Shown: positions 1-7,615, numbered from the stretch's first letter. The stretch: DNA of 18,233 nt from an uncultured Chthoniobacterales bacterium (GCA_964608775.1 CAZSPO010000017.1:1-18233); one strand, 5' to 3'. The notes: a model not told the origin generated them from the sequence alone. Translations and numbers: made by a program.

Positions 1-54
1 GTGCATTTCGCCACTAGGAGTTACGCAGTCGGCCAGCAGGCAGCAAGGGGGAAT

Positions 55-72
55 TTGTGAAAAATTTCACAA
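55..72. promoter_or_regulatory. CRP/FNR-family-like palindromic operator candidate (TTGTGAAA-aa-TTTCACAA; core TGTGA-N6-TCACA)
   Basis: The sequence shows an inverted repeat with 8-bp arms whose core matches the classical CRP half-sites TGTGA/TCACA at 6-bp spacing. It is an AT-rich island in GC-rich DNA, about 40 bp beyond the stop of the 112-669 minus-strand gene. Confidence 0.35.
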
Positions 73-111
73 GCCTCCTTTCCAGCCCCCTTTGCGAGGC
101 CTTCGAATCGG

Positions 112-669
112 TCACAGCGCCGGAGAACGGACCAAGGTTTTTACCAAGAAAATTTCGCAGGCTCCAGGACCGGTATCGGTCCGCGAGCGGCTCGACCGCC
201 AACTTCGTTCCTTCCCTTCGATATCGACCAGCCAGCCTTCCAAATAAAGGGAATCCCCCCGGCGGACCTCTCGGAGGGTGGTTCGGACGGTCTCATCACC
301 GGGGACCACATGGACATTCGCGGTCTCGGTTTCAATGAGGGGTCGGGTGAGGGTTTCGAGGGTTTCCTGATCCGCTTTCCAAAAGTAAAACCGGTTACGC
401 TGGCTGATAGAGAGCCGTTCGAGTTTTTCCGGATCGGCCATTTCTCCCCAGGCCAGGGCGAGGTCGGTCGGCATGACCGCCGCCCCCTCCCCCCGGGGAT
501 AATGTTTGACGCTCATGACCAAAGCTTGGAGTTCGTATGGCTCGACTTTGCGGATCGTGTAAGCAGGATTCTCCAGCGGCAGTGGGGGGGGCCAAATCAG
601 GGGGGAAAGCTGCTGCCACCCGGCAAATAGCGCGGCCCCTACCACGAGAAGGGTGAGAATGGTTCGCAT
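112..669 (-). CDS. hypothetical secreted protein (N-terminal signal peptide)
   Basis: The 185-aa ORF has an N-terminus MRTILTLLVVGAALFAGW that looks like a signal peptide, and the rest has protein-like composition. I recognise no domain. Confidence 0.5.
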   Translation of the reverse strand: MRTILTLLVVGAALFAGWQQLSPLIWPPPLPLENPAYTIRKVEPYELQALVMSVKHYPRGEGAAVMPTDLALAWGEMADPEKLERLSISQRNRFYFWKADQETLETLTRPLIETETANVHVVPGDETVRTTLREVRRGDSLYLEGWLVDIEGKERSWRSSRSRTDTGPGACEIFLVKTLVRSPAL

Positions 670-990
670 ATCGTGAGTCGCGCACGACGCCGCACGCGGG
701 GGTTGCCTCTTCTTTAGTGTCGGCGATCGGTGTTTGTCGGCAAAAATCGCACGTTCCCGCTCAGGCTCACGGGTAAGCGAAGCCGGGCAAGGAGCAGATT
801 TTCATCACGGCCCCCCGTCCAATTGCCTCAAATTTCCCCGATCATGCGACGCCCCTTTTTGTTTGATGCCTCCCCATTTCCCACCGGTTCAACGCGGTCA
901 GCATAGGAAGCGCGTGCGGTTCGTTTACCTCCAGCTATTCGAGCTTATATCTCAGAAGGTCAATTCCCGGTCTCGCAGGAGTTCGATAAT

Positions 991-1060
991 GCTTCCTCAA
1001 CGATGCTTCGTCAACGATGCTTCCTCAACGATTATTCCTCAACGATTATTCCTCAACGAC
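991..1060. repeat. 5 tandem copies of a 14-bp unit (GCTTCCTCAACGAT / GCTTCGTCAACGAT / GCTTCCTCAACGAT / TATTCCTCAACGAT / TATTCCTCAACGAC)
   Basis: Five direct repeats are read straight from the sequence. The last copy overlaps the final five codons and stop of the Roadblock gene (1046-1513, minus). The array lies about 320 bp upstream on the minus strand of the secreted-protein gene that starts at 669. Confidence 0.8.
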
Positions 1061-1513
1061 TTGGCCGCGATACATGCGAACGCGCCGGGCCGGACCGGCA
1101 GCAGGCGCGGGGCTGGGCGTGGCCGGGATGGGGCGGGCTTGGAGAAGAGCTTCCGGGGTAAGATTGCGCATTTCTGTCGAAAGTCGGCGCTGAGCAAGAT
1201 TGACCGCCATCTTCAGCGCCGGCGTGTTCACATCGCCCCGCGTGAGCACGCACAGGGAGCCTTTCACCAATCTGCGGATGTAAAGGAGATGATCCGCGAA
1301 ACGAAGAACGCAGGTTTCAAAATCGACCGCCGCACTTTGGAAGGTTTCGGCCAGACGGGCGATGCGAGGGGTGGCTTCGCAGACCAGGTCGTCGGTGAAA
1401 ATGGCAGGCATTTCACGAGCGAGCAGGTTGCCGGATTCTCCGACGACAAAACTGCCTTCGATCCCTTGCACGTCGCGGAGGGCTTTGAGGGTGTTGATCA
1501 CGGCTTCGTTCAT
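1046..1513 (-). CDS. Roadblock/LC7 domain protein (MglB-like)
   Basis: The 155-aa ORF begins MNEAVINTLKALRDVQGIEGSFVVGESGNLLAREMP...FETCVLRFADHLLYIRRLVKGSLCVLTRGDVNTPALKMAVNLA, which fits the Roadblock/LC7 alpha-beta fold pattern. The opposite-strand ORF 734-1561 is low-complexity and judged spurious. Confidence 0.7.
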   Translation of the reverse strand: MNEAVINTLKALRDVQGIEGSFVVGESGNLLAREMPAIFTDDLVCEATPRIARLAETFQSAAVDFETCVLRFADHLLYIRRLVKGSLCVLTRGDVNTPALKMAVNLAQRRLSTEMRNLTPEALLQARPIPATPSPAPAAGPARRVRMYRGQVVEE

Positions 1514-1547
1514 GAGGTGGGCGGATCGGATCGGGGTGGGAGGATGA

Positions 1548-2339
1548 TCAGGGGCGTTTGATCCCGAGGATTTCCCGCATCCGCAGGGTTGGCACGGTGG
1601 TGGGGGCGCGAGCGGCTTCGATCATGCCATTGTCGGTGTGGTGGACCAGCACCCGCCACTCTTTGCTCTCCGACTCGAGGCCGGTAAAGCCGTCGAGGCC
1701 GAGCGCCTCGCCGATCAACTGGCCGAGCTGACAGGCGTAAGCCGCGAGAGCCTCCAGTTCTTCGGCTCCGGCTCCTTCAGCTTGAATGGTCTCGCCTGTC
1801 GGGCTAAGACGAACAATGGAATCCAGGTCGGTAGTCATGGGTGATTCTTCCGGGGAGGAGTCGCTGGTGGGGGGATCGGAATCACGGGGCGAATGACCGA
1901 CCGCGCGATTTGGAAAGGCGACGAGATTGGTGAGATTCTCCGGTTTTTCATCGCGAAACTGGGCGGCCCGCATGACGAGGCTCTGCCAGGTAGAGCCAAT
2001 GGTGTCCCGTTCAGGCCAGGGAGCATCAACCACTTCGAAGGAACCTTCCTCCCAGCCGAGGATGCTCATGACGGCCGACTCCCCCTCAGAACGACGGGTG
2101 CGAGCGTGGACGATTTGGCCCCCGCTGAAGTAAAGGAACCCGATATCATCGACTGTCGTGATTCGCACCACCCGCCGGGTGAATGCCAAACATTCCATCT
2201 GCACCAAATCCCAAAGGCTTGCCCCGCGCAAACTGGCTTGAAAACCGGGGGAATTGCCCTCGGGAGCTGGTGAATTTTGATCAGGAAGACTCATGGATGG
2301 TTGGGTTTGAGCAAAATGCATGACAGGCGAACGGCACAA
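1548..2339 (-). CDS. DUF4388 (PATAN-like) domain protein, possibly with a C-terminal Roadblock-like region
   Basis: The segment SLWDLVQMECLAFTRRVVRITTVDDIGFLYFSGGQIVHA...SAVMSILGWEEGSFEV matches the DUF4388/PATAN pattern. The C-terminus (ELEALAAYACQLGQLIGEALGLDG...WRVLVHHTDNGMIEAA) resembles Roadblock. The start is ambiguous: Met codons at 2339, 2321 or 2294. It lies 34 bp upstream of the Roadblock gene on the same strand. Confidence 0.6.
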   Translation of the reverse strand: MCRSPVMHFAQTQPSMSLPDQNSPAPEGNSPGFQASLRGASLWDLVQMECLAFTRRVVRITTVDDIGFLYFSGGQIVHARTRRSEGESAVMSILGWEEGSFEVVDAPWPERDTIGSTWQSLVMRAAQFRDEKPENLTNLVAFPNRAVGHSPRDSDPPTSDSSPEESPMTTDLDSIVRLSPTGETIQAEGAGAEELEALAAYACQLGQLIGEALGLDGFTGLESESKEWRVLVHHTDNGMIEAARAPTTVPTLRMREILGIKRP

Positions 2340-2446
2340 ATCGCCTCAAGCGATTAAGCACGGGGCATGCCAAAGCGTTCAGTCCGAATGGATTTCCTCG
2401 CCCGGCCCCATCAAGAGCGAGTGCCCCGCTGCGTGATCCCGGCCAA

Positions 2447-3793
2447 TCAGTCGGAGAGCGGGGTGGTTTCCAGTTTAGCCACCCACGCTTTTTCCTGCTC
2501 GAGTAGGTTTTCCCACCGCTTTTCGTGACGAGGGTCATAGCGCTGATCCTGTAAAGCGTGCATCTCGCCGCGCAATTGCCAGAGAAGCTCAAGGTGGGGC
2601 CAAGCGGCTTCATAGACCTCACGCAACGCCCGCAGAGTTCCGACCTCTCGCTCCCATAATGAGCCGAATGAGTCGAGAAATTCCAGGGCGTAACCCGGTT
2701 CCGCCCGGTCGTTGGCATGGAAGATCTCTTGGGACGGCTCGGGAAGATCGAGGAGCAATGGGGCCAGATGGAGATTGCGCCCCATGCCGACCCGATAACG
2801 ATCGGCTGCCTCCGCCTCCCGGTCGACCATCGACAGCGCCAATCCCCAGCCAAATGAGAAGCCGGCTTCGGAAAAATCGTCTGGATAAGCCCGGGCGTAA
2901 TGATCGAAGAAAGCCATTGCCGGTTCGACTTGGTCGGCGAGTAAATGCAAGAGGGGGAAATGGAACCGGACCCCCTGGTGATCAGCGGGATTGACCTGGA
3001 GCAACCAATCGGCTTGTTCGACAGCCCCGGCAAAGTCGCCCTGATGCCAGCTAATCATCATCATCCCATGGCAGGCACGAAGGGCGGCTCGCATGACGGG
3101 ATGATCCCAATTGAGTTGGTTCAGGTGCTTCCAAGCTCGGTGAGTATCCGCGACCACAGCTTCGTAGCGGGGGAGCGCCTGGGCGACATCCCCGTTTTCG
3201 AGGGCAAGGTCGGCGAGGGCCAGATGGGCGTCGAAATTGCGTTCGTCGCATTCGATCGCCTTCTCCAAGAGGAGCTGTTGCTTTTCCGGGGCAATCATTT
3301 TGCGGGCGGCCCGGACTAAACTCTCGGCTACGGCAGCCGAACCTCCCGCTGCACGGGAACCAACGCGGGCAGCCTGGGCCAAACGTTCGGCTAGATCCGC
3401 CTTCACCTGTTCGACCTGTTCAAACAACGGGGCAGTCTCCCGGTTTCCCCGCGATTTCAGTTGTATCGTGCAGCGACAGCTCTCAGCAAACGCCTCCCAC
3501 ACCCGCCGATCCCATCCTCCCTCCCGGGCGACGATCAATTCGTCCGGCGTGCTCCGCTCATCCATGAGGCGACCGAGAAATCGCTCGCATCGACGCTGGT
3601 CCAGCTCCCGCTGGAGATCGGTCCCGAGCACCTCCCAACTCCCTTCCGCCACCACAACCACGCAGGTGGGCAAGCAAAATTCGCCCACGGAAGGCACCAC
3701 CACCGGGTCGGTGAAGTCGAACCAGTCGAGAACCCAACGATTGCGGGCACGTTTCAGAGGGCGGATCATGAGGGAACTTACGACAATTCCCAA
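2447..3793 (-). CDS. TPR-like repeat protein (hypothetical)
   Basis: The 448-aa ORF has helical-repeat regions resembling TPR-like repeats (ALADLALENGDVAQALPRYEAVV; WHQGDFAGAVEQADWLLQVNPADHQG). There is no P-loop. The start may instead be M9 at 3769, whereas the 3793 start overlaps the upstream exonuclease stop by 16 nt. Confidence 0.5.
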   Translation of the reverse strand: MGIVVSSLMIRPLKRARNRWVLDWFDFTDPVVVPSVGEFCLPTCVVVVAEGSWEVLGTDLQRELDQRRCERFLGRLMDERSTPDELIVAREGGWDRRVWEAFAESCRCTIQLKSRGNRETAPLFEQVEQVKADLAERLAQAARVGSRAAGGSAAVAESLVRAARKMIAPEKQQLLLEKAIECDERNFDAHLALADLALENGDVAQALPRYEAVVADTHRAWKHLNQLNWDHPVMRAALRACHGMMMISWHQGDFAGAVEQADWLLQVNPADHQGVRFHFPLLHLLADQVEPAMAFFDHYARAYPDDFSEAGFSFGWGLALSMVDREAEAADRYRVGMGRNLHLAPLLLDLPEPSQEIFHANDRAEPGYALEFLDSFGSLWEREVGTLRALREVYEAAWPHLELLWQLRGEMHALQDQRYDPRHEKRWENLLEQEKAWVAKLETTPLSD

Positions 3794-4326
3794 TCCACGG
3801 CCACCTCACGGCGCTGGCCATAGCGGTCGTCATAATAAAGCACCCCGTGTTGCGCCCCATATTCGTGAATCAGCCGGGTGACCTTCACATCGAAGCAGCA
3901 ATATTCAGCAATCTCCATGAGGCGCCCTTCGCGCCACCAAAGAATCGCTTCGAGCCCCTCCGCCGTTTTCCCCACCCCCAACGTGGCTTGCGCCAGCGCG
4001 TCGAGCTTGAGCCGATGCCCGATCCGCTTCTCAATATCAACCATCAGATCCAAGGTCGGGACGTTGGTGGCCAAATCCAAAATCGTGTAACGCAACAACA
4101 CTTCGTAATCAAAGTTGATGACGTTAAACCCCACCACGCAATCGGCCTTGACCAGCCGCTCAATCAGGTCGTCCACCCGCTTTTCGCTGAAAATTTCGTA
4201 TTCCCCTGTGGCGCTGCTGTAAGTGACACCCAGGGACATCCCCATATCCCGCTTTTTATCCCAGCCACCGACGTCGTTGGCTGTGCGCTGAGTTTCCAAA
4301 TCGAAATAAACAAAATTAACCGGCAT
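3778..4326 (-). CDS. DEDDy-type 3'-5' exonuclease, RNase H-like fold (PolB-exonuclease-like / PF13482-like)
   Basis: Motif Exo I is VYFDLETQ, Exo II is VVGFNVINFDYEVL, and Exo III is EYCCFDVKV (YxxxD). The start is placed at the internal Met (MPVNFVYF) because the 23 codons upstream are Arg-rich junk. Confidence 0.7.
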   Translation of the reverse strand: MPVNFVYFDLETQRTANDVGGWDKKRDMGMSLGVTYSSATGEYEIFSEKRVDDLIERLVKADCVVGFNVINFDYEVLLRYTILDLATNVPTLDLMVDIEKRIGHRLKLDALAQATLGVGKTAEGLEAILWWREGRLMEIAEYCCFDVKVTRLIHEYGAQHGVLYYDDRYGQRREVAVDWELS

Positions 4327-4583
4327 GCAGCCTATCTGTCGCCGGGAACGGGATGGGCGCAATCCCAAACCCCGCATTCTCCCCGTGAGGCTCACTGAAA
4401 GATGCTCCCATTATAGCCCGAGACAATTTCGGGAAAGCCGCGTTCAAAAAAAATTGCATTTTTTTCTTGCCGCACCGGAAGCCCTTGCTAAAGAGCTTCC
4501 GTTGAGGCGGGAAACCATCGTGGAAACTCACAGACCTTGGGGGGCCTGGCGAGCAGAAACGAATCACCCGCCCTCACAAGCAG

Positions 4584-4637
4584 AAAAAACCCAAGGACAA
4601 AAAACCCAAGGACAACGTCCAAGGAATAACCAAGGAG
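4584..4637 (+). promoter_or_regulatory. 5' leader with a perfect 15-bp tandem duplication (AAAAAACCCAAGGAC x2) and four CCAAGGA motifs; the last (AAGGAG) is the likely RBS of the OMP gene
   Basis: CCAAGGA occurs at 4591, 4606, 4619 and 4630, with 15, 13 and 11-nt spacing, and the fourth sits 13 nt before the ATG at 4651. Repeated GGA motifs ending in the Shine-Dalgarno sequence are the CsrA/RsmA target architecture. This is an inference. Confidence 0.4.
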
Positions 4638-4650
4638 AAAAAAACCAACC

Positions 4651-5526
4651 ATGATGAAACCTGCCTTAACCAAATCATTCCTCGCCGGTATGATCGCGCT
4701 CGGAACTGCCGCTCATGCCGTCGCTGGCCCGATCGTGCAGAAAGAAGTGATCATCGAAGAGATCGAGCCCGAACAATGGTGGAGTGCCGAAATTTCTTTC
4801 GGCGCTGAATCGAAGTATATGTTCCGCGGCTTCGACCAATTCTTCACTGGCCCAGCCGGAATCGGCGGCGGTCCTGGCACCGGATTCAATGTGCTGCCTT
4901 TCCCGGCCGCCATCGTCCGCAACAGCAGCCCGTTGATCTACACCGACCTCAGCTTCAGCGCCTATGGCCTGACCGCTGGGATGTGGTATGGCGATAATAC
5001 CGCCTCGACTGGATTCAATGAACTCGACGCATATGTCGATTACACCTACTCGTGGGGACCAGTCGATCTGTCCGTCGGATACATCGGCTACTTCTTCCCC
5101 GACACCGTCGGAGCAGCGAGCCTACATGAAGTCTACCTCGGTTTCGCTTACACCGCGATTCCTTACGTGACGCCTTCCGTCACCTGGTATCAAGGCTTCG
5201 GTCTCAGCACCTATCAAGGGCGTTACCTCGAAGTGAAACTCGAAGGTGACATCCCCGTGTATGATGGCTTCGTCGATGTGAGCCTCGCGCCCTACGCGCT
5301 GATCAGCTACGCAGACTATGTCGTCCGCGGCCGCAGTAACTGGAACCACTACCAACTCGGCATGTATGTGAATGTCGGTCTGAACGAATACATCACGGTT
5401 TATGGCGGCGTGAATTACAGCGGCCCCCTCGACCTGGTGACGAGCACCACTGGCTTCGCCGGTGCAGCCGGTTTCCACCCCAACAGTGATTTCTGGGGCG
5501 GTGGCGGCATCACCTTCTCGTTCTAA
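4651..5526 (+). CDS. outer-membrane beta-barrel protein (porin-like), signal peptide, C-terminal Phe
   Basis: The N-terminus MMKPALTKSFLAGMIALGTAAHAVAG is a signal peptide. The protein is Gly/Tyr-rich with alternating aromatic beta-strand pattern and ends ...GGITFSF, a typical OMP C-terminus. Confidence 0.7.
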   Translation: MMKPALTKSFLAGMIALGTAAHAVAGPIVQKEVIIEEIEPEQWWSAEISFGAESKYMFRGFDQFFTGPAGIGGGPGTGFNVLPFPAAIVRNSSPLIYTDLSFSAYGLTAGMWYGDNTASTGFNELDAYVDYTYSWGPVDLSVGYIGYFFPDTVGAASLHEVYLGFAYTAIPYVTPSVTWYQGFGLSTYQGRYLEVKLEGDIPVYDGFVDVSLAPYALISYADYVVRGRSNWNHYQLGMYVNVGLNEYITVYGGVNYSGPLDLVTSTTGFAGAAGFHPNSDFWGGGGITFSF

Positions 5527-5550
5527 TCGAAGATCGAGTTTTATAGAAAA

Positions 5551-5583
5551 GGCCCTTCCGCTTGCGGGAGGGCCTTTTTTTTA
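5551..5583 (+). terminator. rho-independent terminator (GGCCCTTCCGC-TT-GCGGGAGGGCC + T9)
   Basis: An 11-bp GC-rich stem with one G·U pair and a 2-nt loop is followed by TTTTTTTTT, 25 bp after the OMP stop codon. Confidence 0.8.
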
Positions 5584-5627
5584 TCTTTTTGATTGAGCCT
5601 CACCCCACTTTCGCCCAATGAACCGTC

Positions 5628-6026
5628 ATGCTGATCGATTACCTGCCCATTCTCCTGCAGATTCTCGTTTCCATTTTTTTCGCCGCCTCGGCCCTGATCG
5701 TGAGCGTCATACTCGGCAAAGTGGGGAAACGAAGCGCCACCAAAGATTCGGCTTACGAATGCGGTATGCTTCCCGAGGGGAATGCGCAGCCTCGGTTCAG
5801 TGTTAAATTCTACTTGGTCGCCCTGCTTTTCGTGCTGTTCGATATTGAGATCGTCTTTATGTATCCGTGGGCAGTGGTTTATCGCCGCATGCTGGAAGCC
5901 AACGCTGCCCTTCCTTTCCCAGATAACACGATGATCCTCTGGAGCATGCTCAGCTTCCTCGCAATCCTAACCGTCGGTTATATCTACGCCTTGCGTAAAG
6001 GGGTGTTCGACTGGAAACACAACTGA
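5628..6026 (+). CDS. nuoA: NADH-quinone oxidoreductase subunit A
   Basis: The 132-aa ORF begins MLIDYLPILLQILVSIFFAA... and contains SAYECGMLPEGNAQPRFSVKFYLVALLFVLFDIEIVFMYPWAVV, the canonical NuoA/NdhC motif, with three TM helices. Confidence 0.85.
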   Translation: MLIDYLPILLQILVSIFFAASALIVSVILGKVGKRSATKDSAYECGMLPEGNAQPRFSVKFYLVALLFVLFDIEIVFMYPWAVVYRRMLEANAALPFPDNTMILWSMLSFLAILTVGYIYALRKGVFDWKHN

Positions 6027-6238
6027 GTCGGCTCTACGCAGAACTTTGCGATGAGATAGCGTGTCCGCTCTGCGCGTCACAATCAATCAAGCGCACGCTT
6101 TTGTGCAGGGCGCGAAATTCAGGCAATGACGTATCCGTCGTGATACGTAACCGCCTGAGCGAAAAAGCGCTGCGCAAAAAGCTCAAGCAAACAGGACTGG
6201 TGCTATGAAACATTCGAGTCTCGTGGCATGACGATGAC

Positions 6239-6420
6239 GGAAGGGGGGGGCGGCGGGCCGAACTGGCTTCCCCCCCCACTCCCAGCGTGCGCCGAGCGCC
6301 CGCTCCACCTTCGGCCGCAGCGCGGCGGTAGGGCTCCCTCGCCGAGGGGGCCTTGGGGGGGATCGTGCGCCGACTCCCGACCGCTCGGCGAGCGGGGCGC
6401 GACCTGGGAAGTCGGCGCTC
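6239..6420. other. ~80% GC segment with G8 (6243-6250), C8 (6270-6277) and G7 (6355-6361) homopolymer tracts and many short GC hairpins, in a convergent intergenic region
   Basis: This is read directly from the sequence. All frames give Gly/Pro/Arg-rich junk. The segment lies in the 500-bp gap between the nuoA stop and the rhodanese stop. Confidence 0.5.
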
Positions 6421-6444
6421 CCCTATCCAGATTGCAATAATAAG

Positions 6445-6477
6445 AAATGCACCCAACCTTAGTGGAACTGTGCATTT
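6445..6477. terminator. hairpin AAATGCAC-N17-GTGCATTT, likely terminator of the rhodanese operon (minus) and/or nuoA (plus)
   Basis: The hairpin has an 8-bp stem. On the minus-strand transcript it is followed by a U-rich stretch (UCUUAUUAUU), and it sits 50 bp beyond the rhodanese stop. Confidence 0.45.
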
Positions 6478-6528
6478 TGCCTTCTGATCGGATGGCTAGC
6501 TGTGAGCACTCAAAAGTAAGGTCTGAGA

Positions 6529-6879
6529 TTAATAGCGGGGGATGGTTTCGTCGATCTCGCATGACCAGCGATCGATTCCACCCGCCAACGACCGCGCCTG
6601 GTGAAAGCCCAGTGACCGCAAATACTCGGTCGCGCGGGCTGATCGCATGCCGTGGTGGCAATAGACCACCAGAGGGATCGATTGATCTTCTCCCAGCTGT
6701 CCAACCATCTCGGGGAACTGCGACATGGGGAGCAACTCCGCCCGTTCCAGTCGGCAAATGGAAAATTCCTCCGACTCCCGACAATCGATGAGTCGAAGCC
6801 GCCCGGCCTCCACCAGATGCAAAGCGGCGGCTAACTCGCTCGGCTCAATCTCGAAAGGGGGCGGTGAATAAAGCGACAT
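6529..6879 (-). CDS. single-domain rhodanese (sulfurtransferase, GlpE-like)
   Basis: The 116-aa ORF carries VVYCHHGMRSARATEYLRSLGF...LAGGIDRW, i.e. the rhodanese active-site Cys loop (CX5R) and C-terminal motif. Confidence 0.8.
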   Translation of the reverse strand: MSLYSPPPFEIEPSELAAALHLVEAGRLRLIDCRESEEFSICRLERAELLPMSQFPEMVGQLGEDQSIPLVVYCHHGMRSARATEYLRSLGFHQARSLAGGIDRWSCEIDETIPRY

Positions 6880-6891
6880 AGGGGGAGCGGG

Positions 6892-7497
6892 TCAATTGAT
6901 GATCTGAACCGGAGTATTGATTTCCGTGTATTCAAAGAATTTTTCCGCCATGAACTTCGGCATCCGAATACAGCCAGCCGAAGCGGGATACCCAGGAAGA
7001 TAACCCGCGTGCATCCCGATTCCGCCGTTGGTCAGTCTCAAAAAATAGGGCATCGGCGAGCCGACAAAACGGGTGCCGGGGGGGGCGGTATGTTTACGAA
7101 CGCTGACACCGGCTTGCACGACATTCCCCTCTGCATCGACAAAGTTGCCCCAGAGATTGGAGACGTGATCTTTGCTTTTGCCGATCACACGATAGCTGCC
7201 AGCCGGGGTGAGTTGCCCCTCCCGACCGGTGGAGATTCGCGCCCGCCCGACCAGCGTGCTGCCCCGGTAGTAGTAGGCCTTTTGTTCCCGCAAATTAATC
7301 ACGATACGTGGCGGGCCAGTCACGCCGGAGGCGTCCCAATAAGAGTCAGGGTCATAACCATCAGACGAATTCCCAGCCGTTTGAGAGGAGCCTGCCCGTC
7401 CGCCGAGGTATGAATCAGCAGTGGGGGCTTGGTTTGTACTACAAGCCGTCAACAAGACCGCAACAAGTGAGGCATAGAAAGAAATGGGCGGCTTCAT
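6892..7497 (-). CDS. L,D-transpeptidase (YkuD-domain) lipoprotein
   Basis: The protein carries the catalytic motif HAGYLPGYPASAGCIRM (His...Cys-x-Arg). The start is set at MKPPISFYASLVAVLLTAC, which has a lipobox-like LLTAC. The 15 upstream codons of the longer ORF are not protein-like. Confidence 0.75.
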   Translation of the reverse strand: MKPPISFYASLVAVLLTACSTNQAPTADSYLGGRAGSSQTAGNSSDGYDPDSYWDASGVTGPPRIVINLREQKAYYYRGSTLVGRARISTGREGQLTPAGSYRVIGKSKDHVSNLWGNFVDAEGNVVQAGVSVRKHTAPPGTRFVGSPMPYFLRLTNGGIGMHAGYLPGYPASAGCIRMPKFMAEKFFEYTEINTPVQIIN

Positions 7498-7615
7498 GGC
7501 AATCGCAGAGGCCCAATAAGATGCGAAACGCCACTTAGTCAAGGGCCGCTATCGGGTGAATCTCCGTTTTGCCCCGCTAACCCGGCTAAATTCCCCCCTT
7601 GAAAGTTTCGAGCGA

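Noticed and set aside
734-1561. 275-aa plus-strand ORF
   Set aside because: It is antisense to the Roadblock gene, has low-complexity Arg/Ser/Gly-rich translation, and shows no domain. It is a typical GC-rich shadow ORF.
3778-4395. Longer version of the exonuclease ORF starting at 4395
   Set aside because: Its first 23 codons (MSLTGRMRGLGLRPSRSRRQIGC) are Arg-rich junk, so the internal Met at 4326 immediately before the Exo I motif is preferred.
6034-6784. Minus-strand ORFs 6034-6456 and 6203-6784 spanning the GC-rich block
   Set aside because: Their translations are Gly/Pro/Arg homopolymer-like. The second overlaps the rhodanese gene in another frame. The GC-rich DNA keeps frames open by chance.
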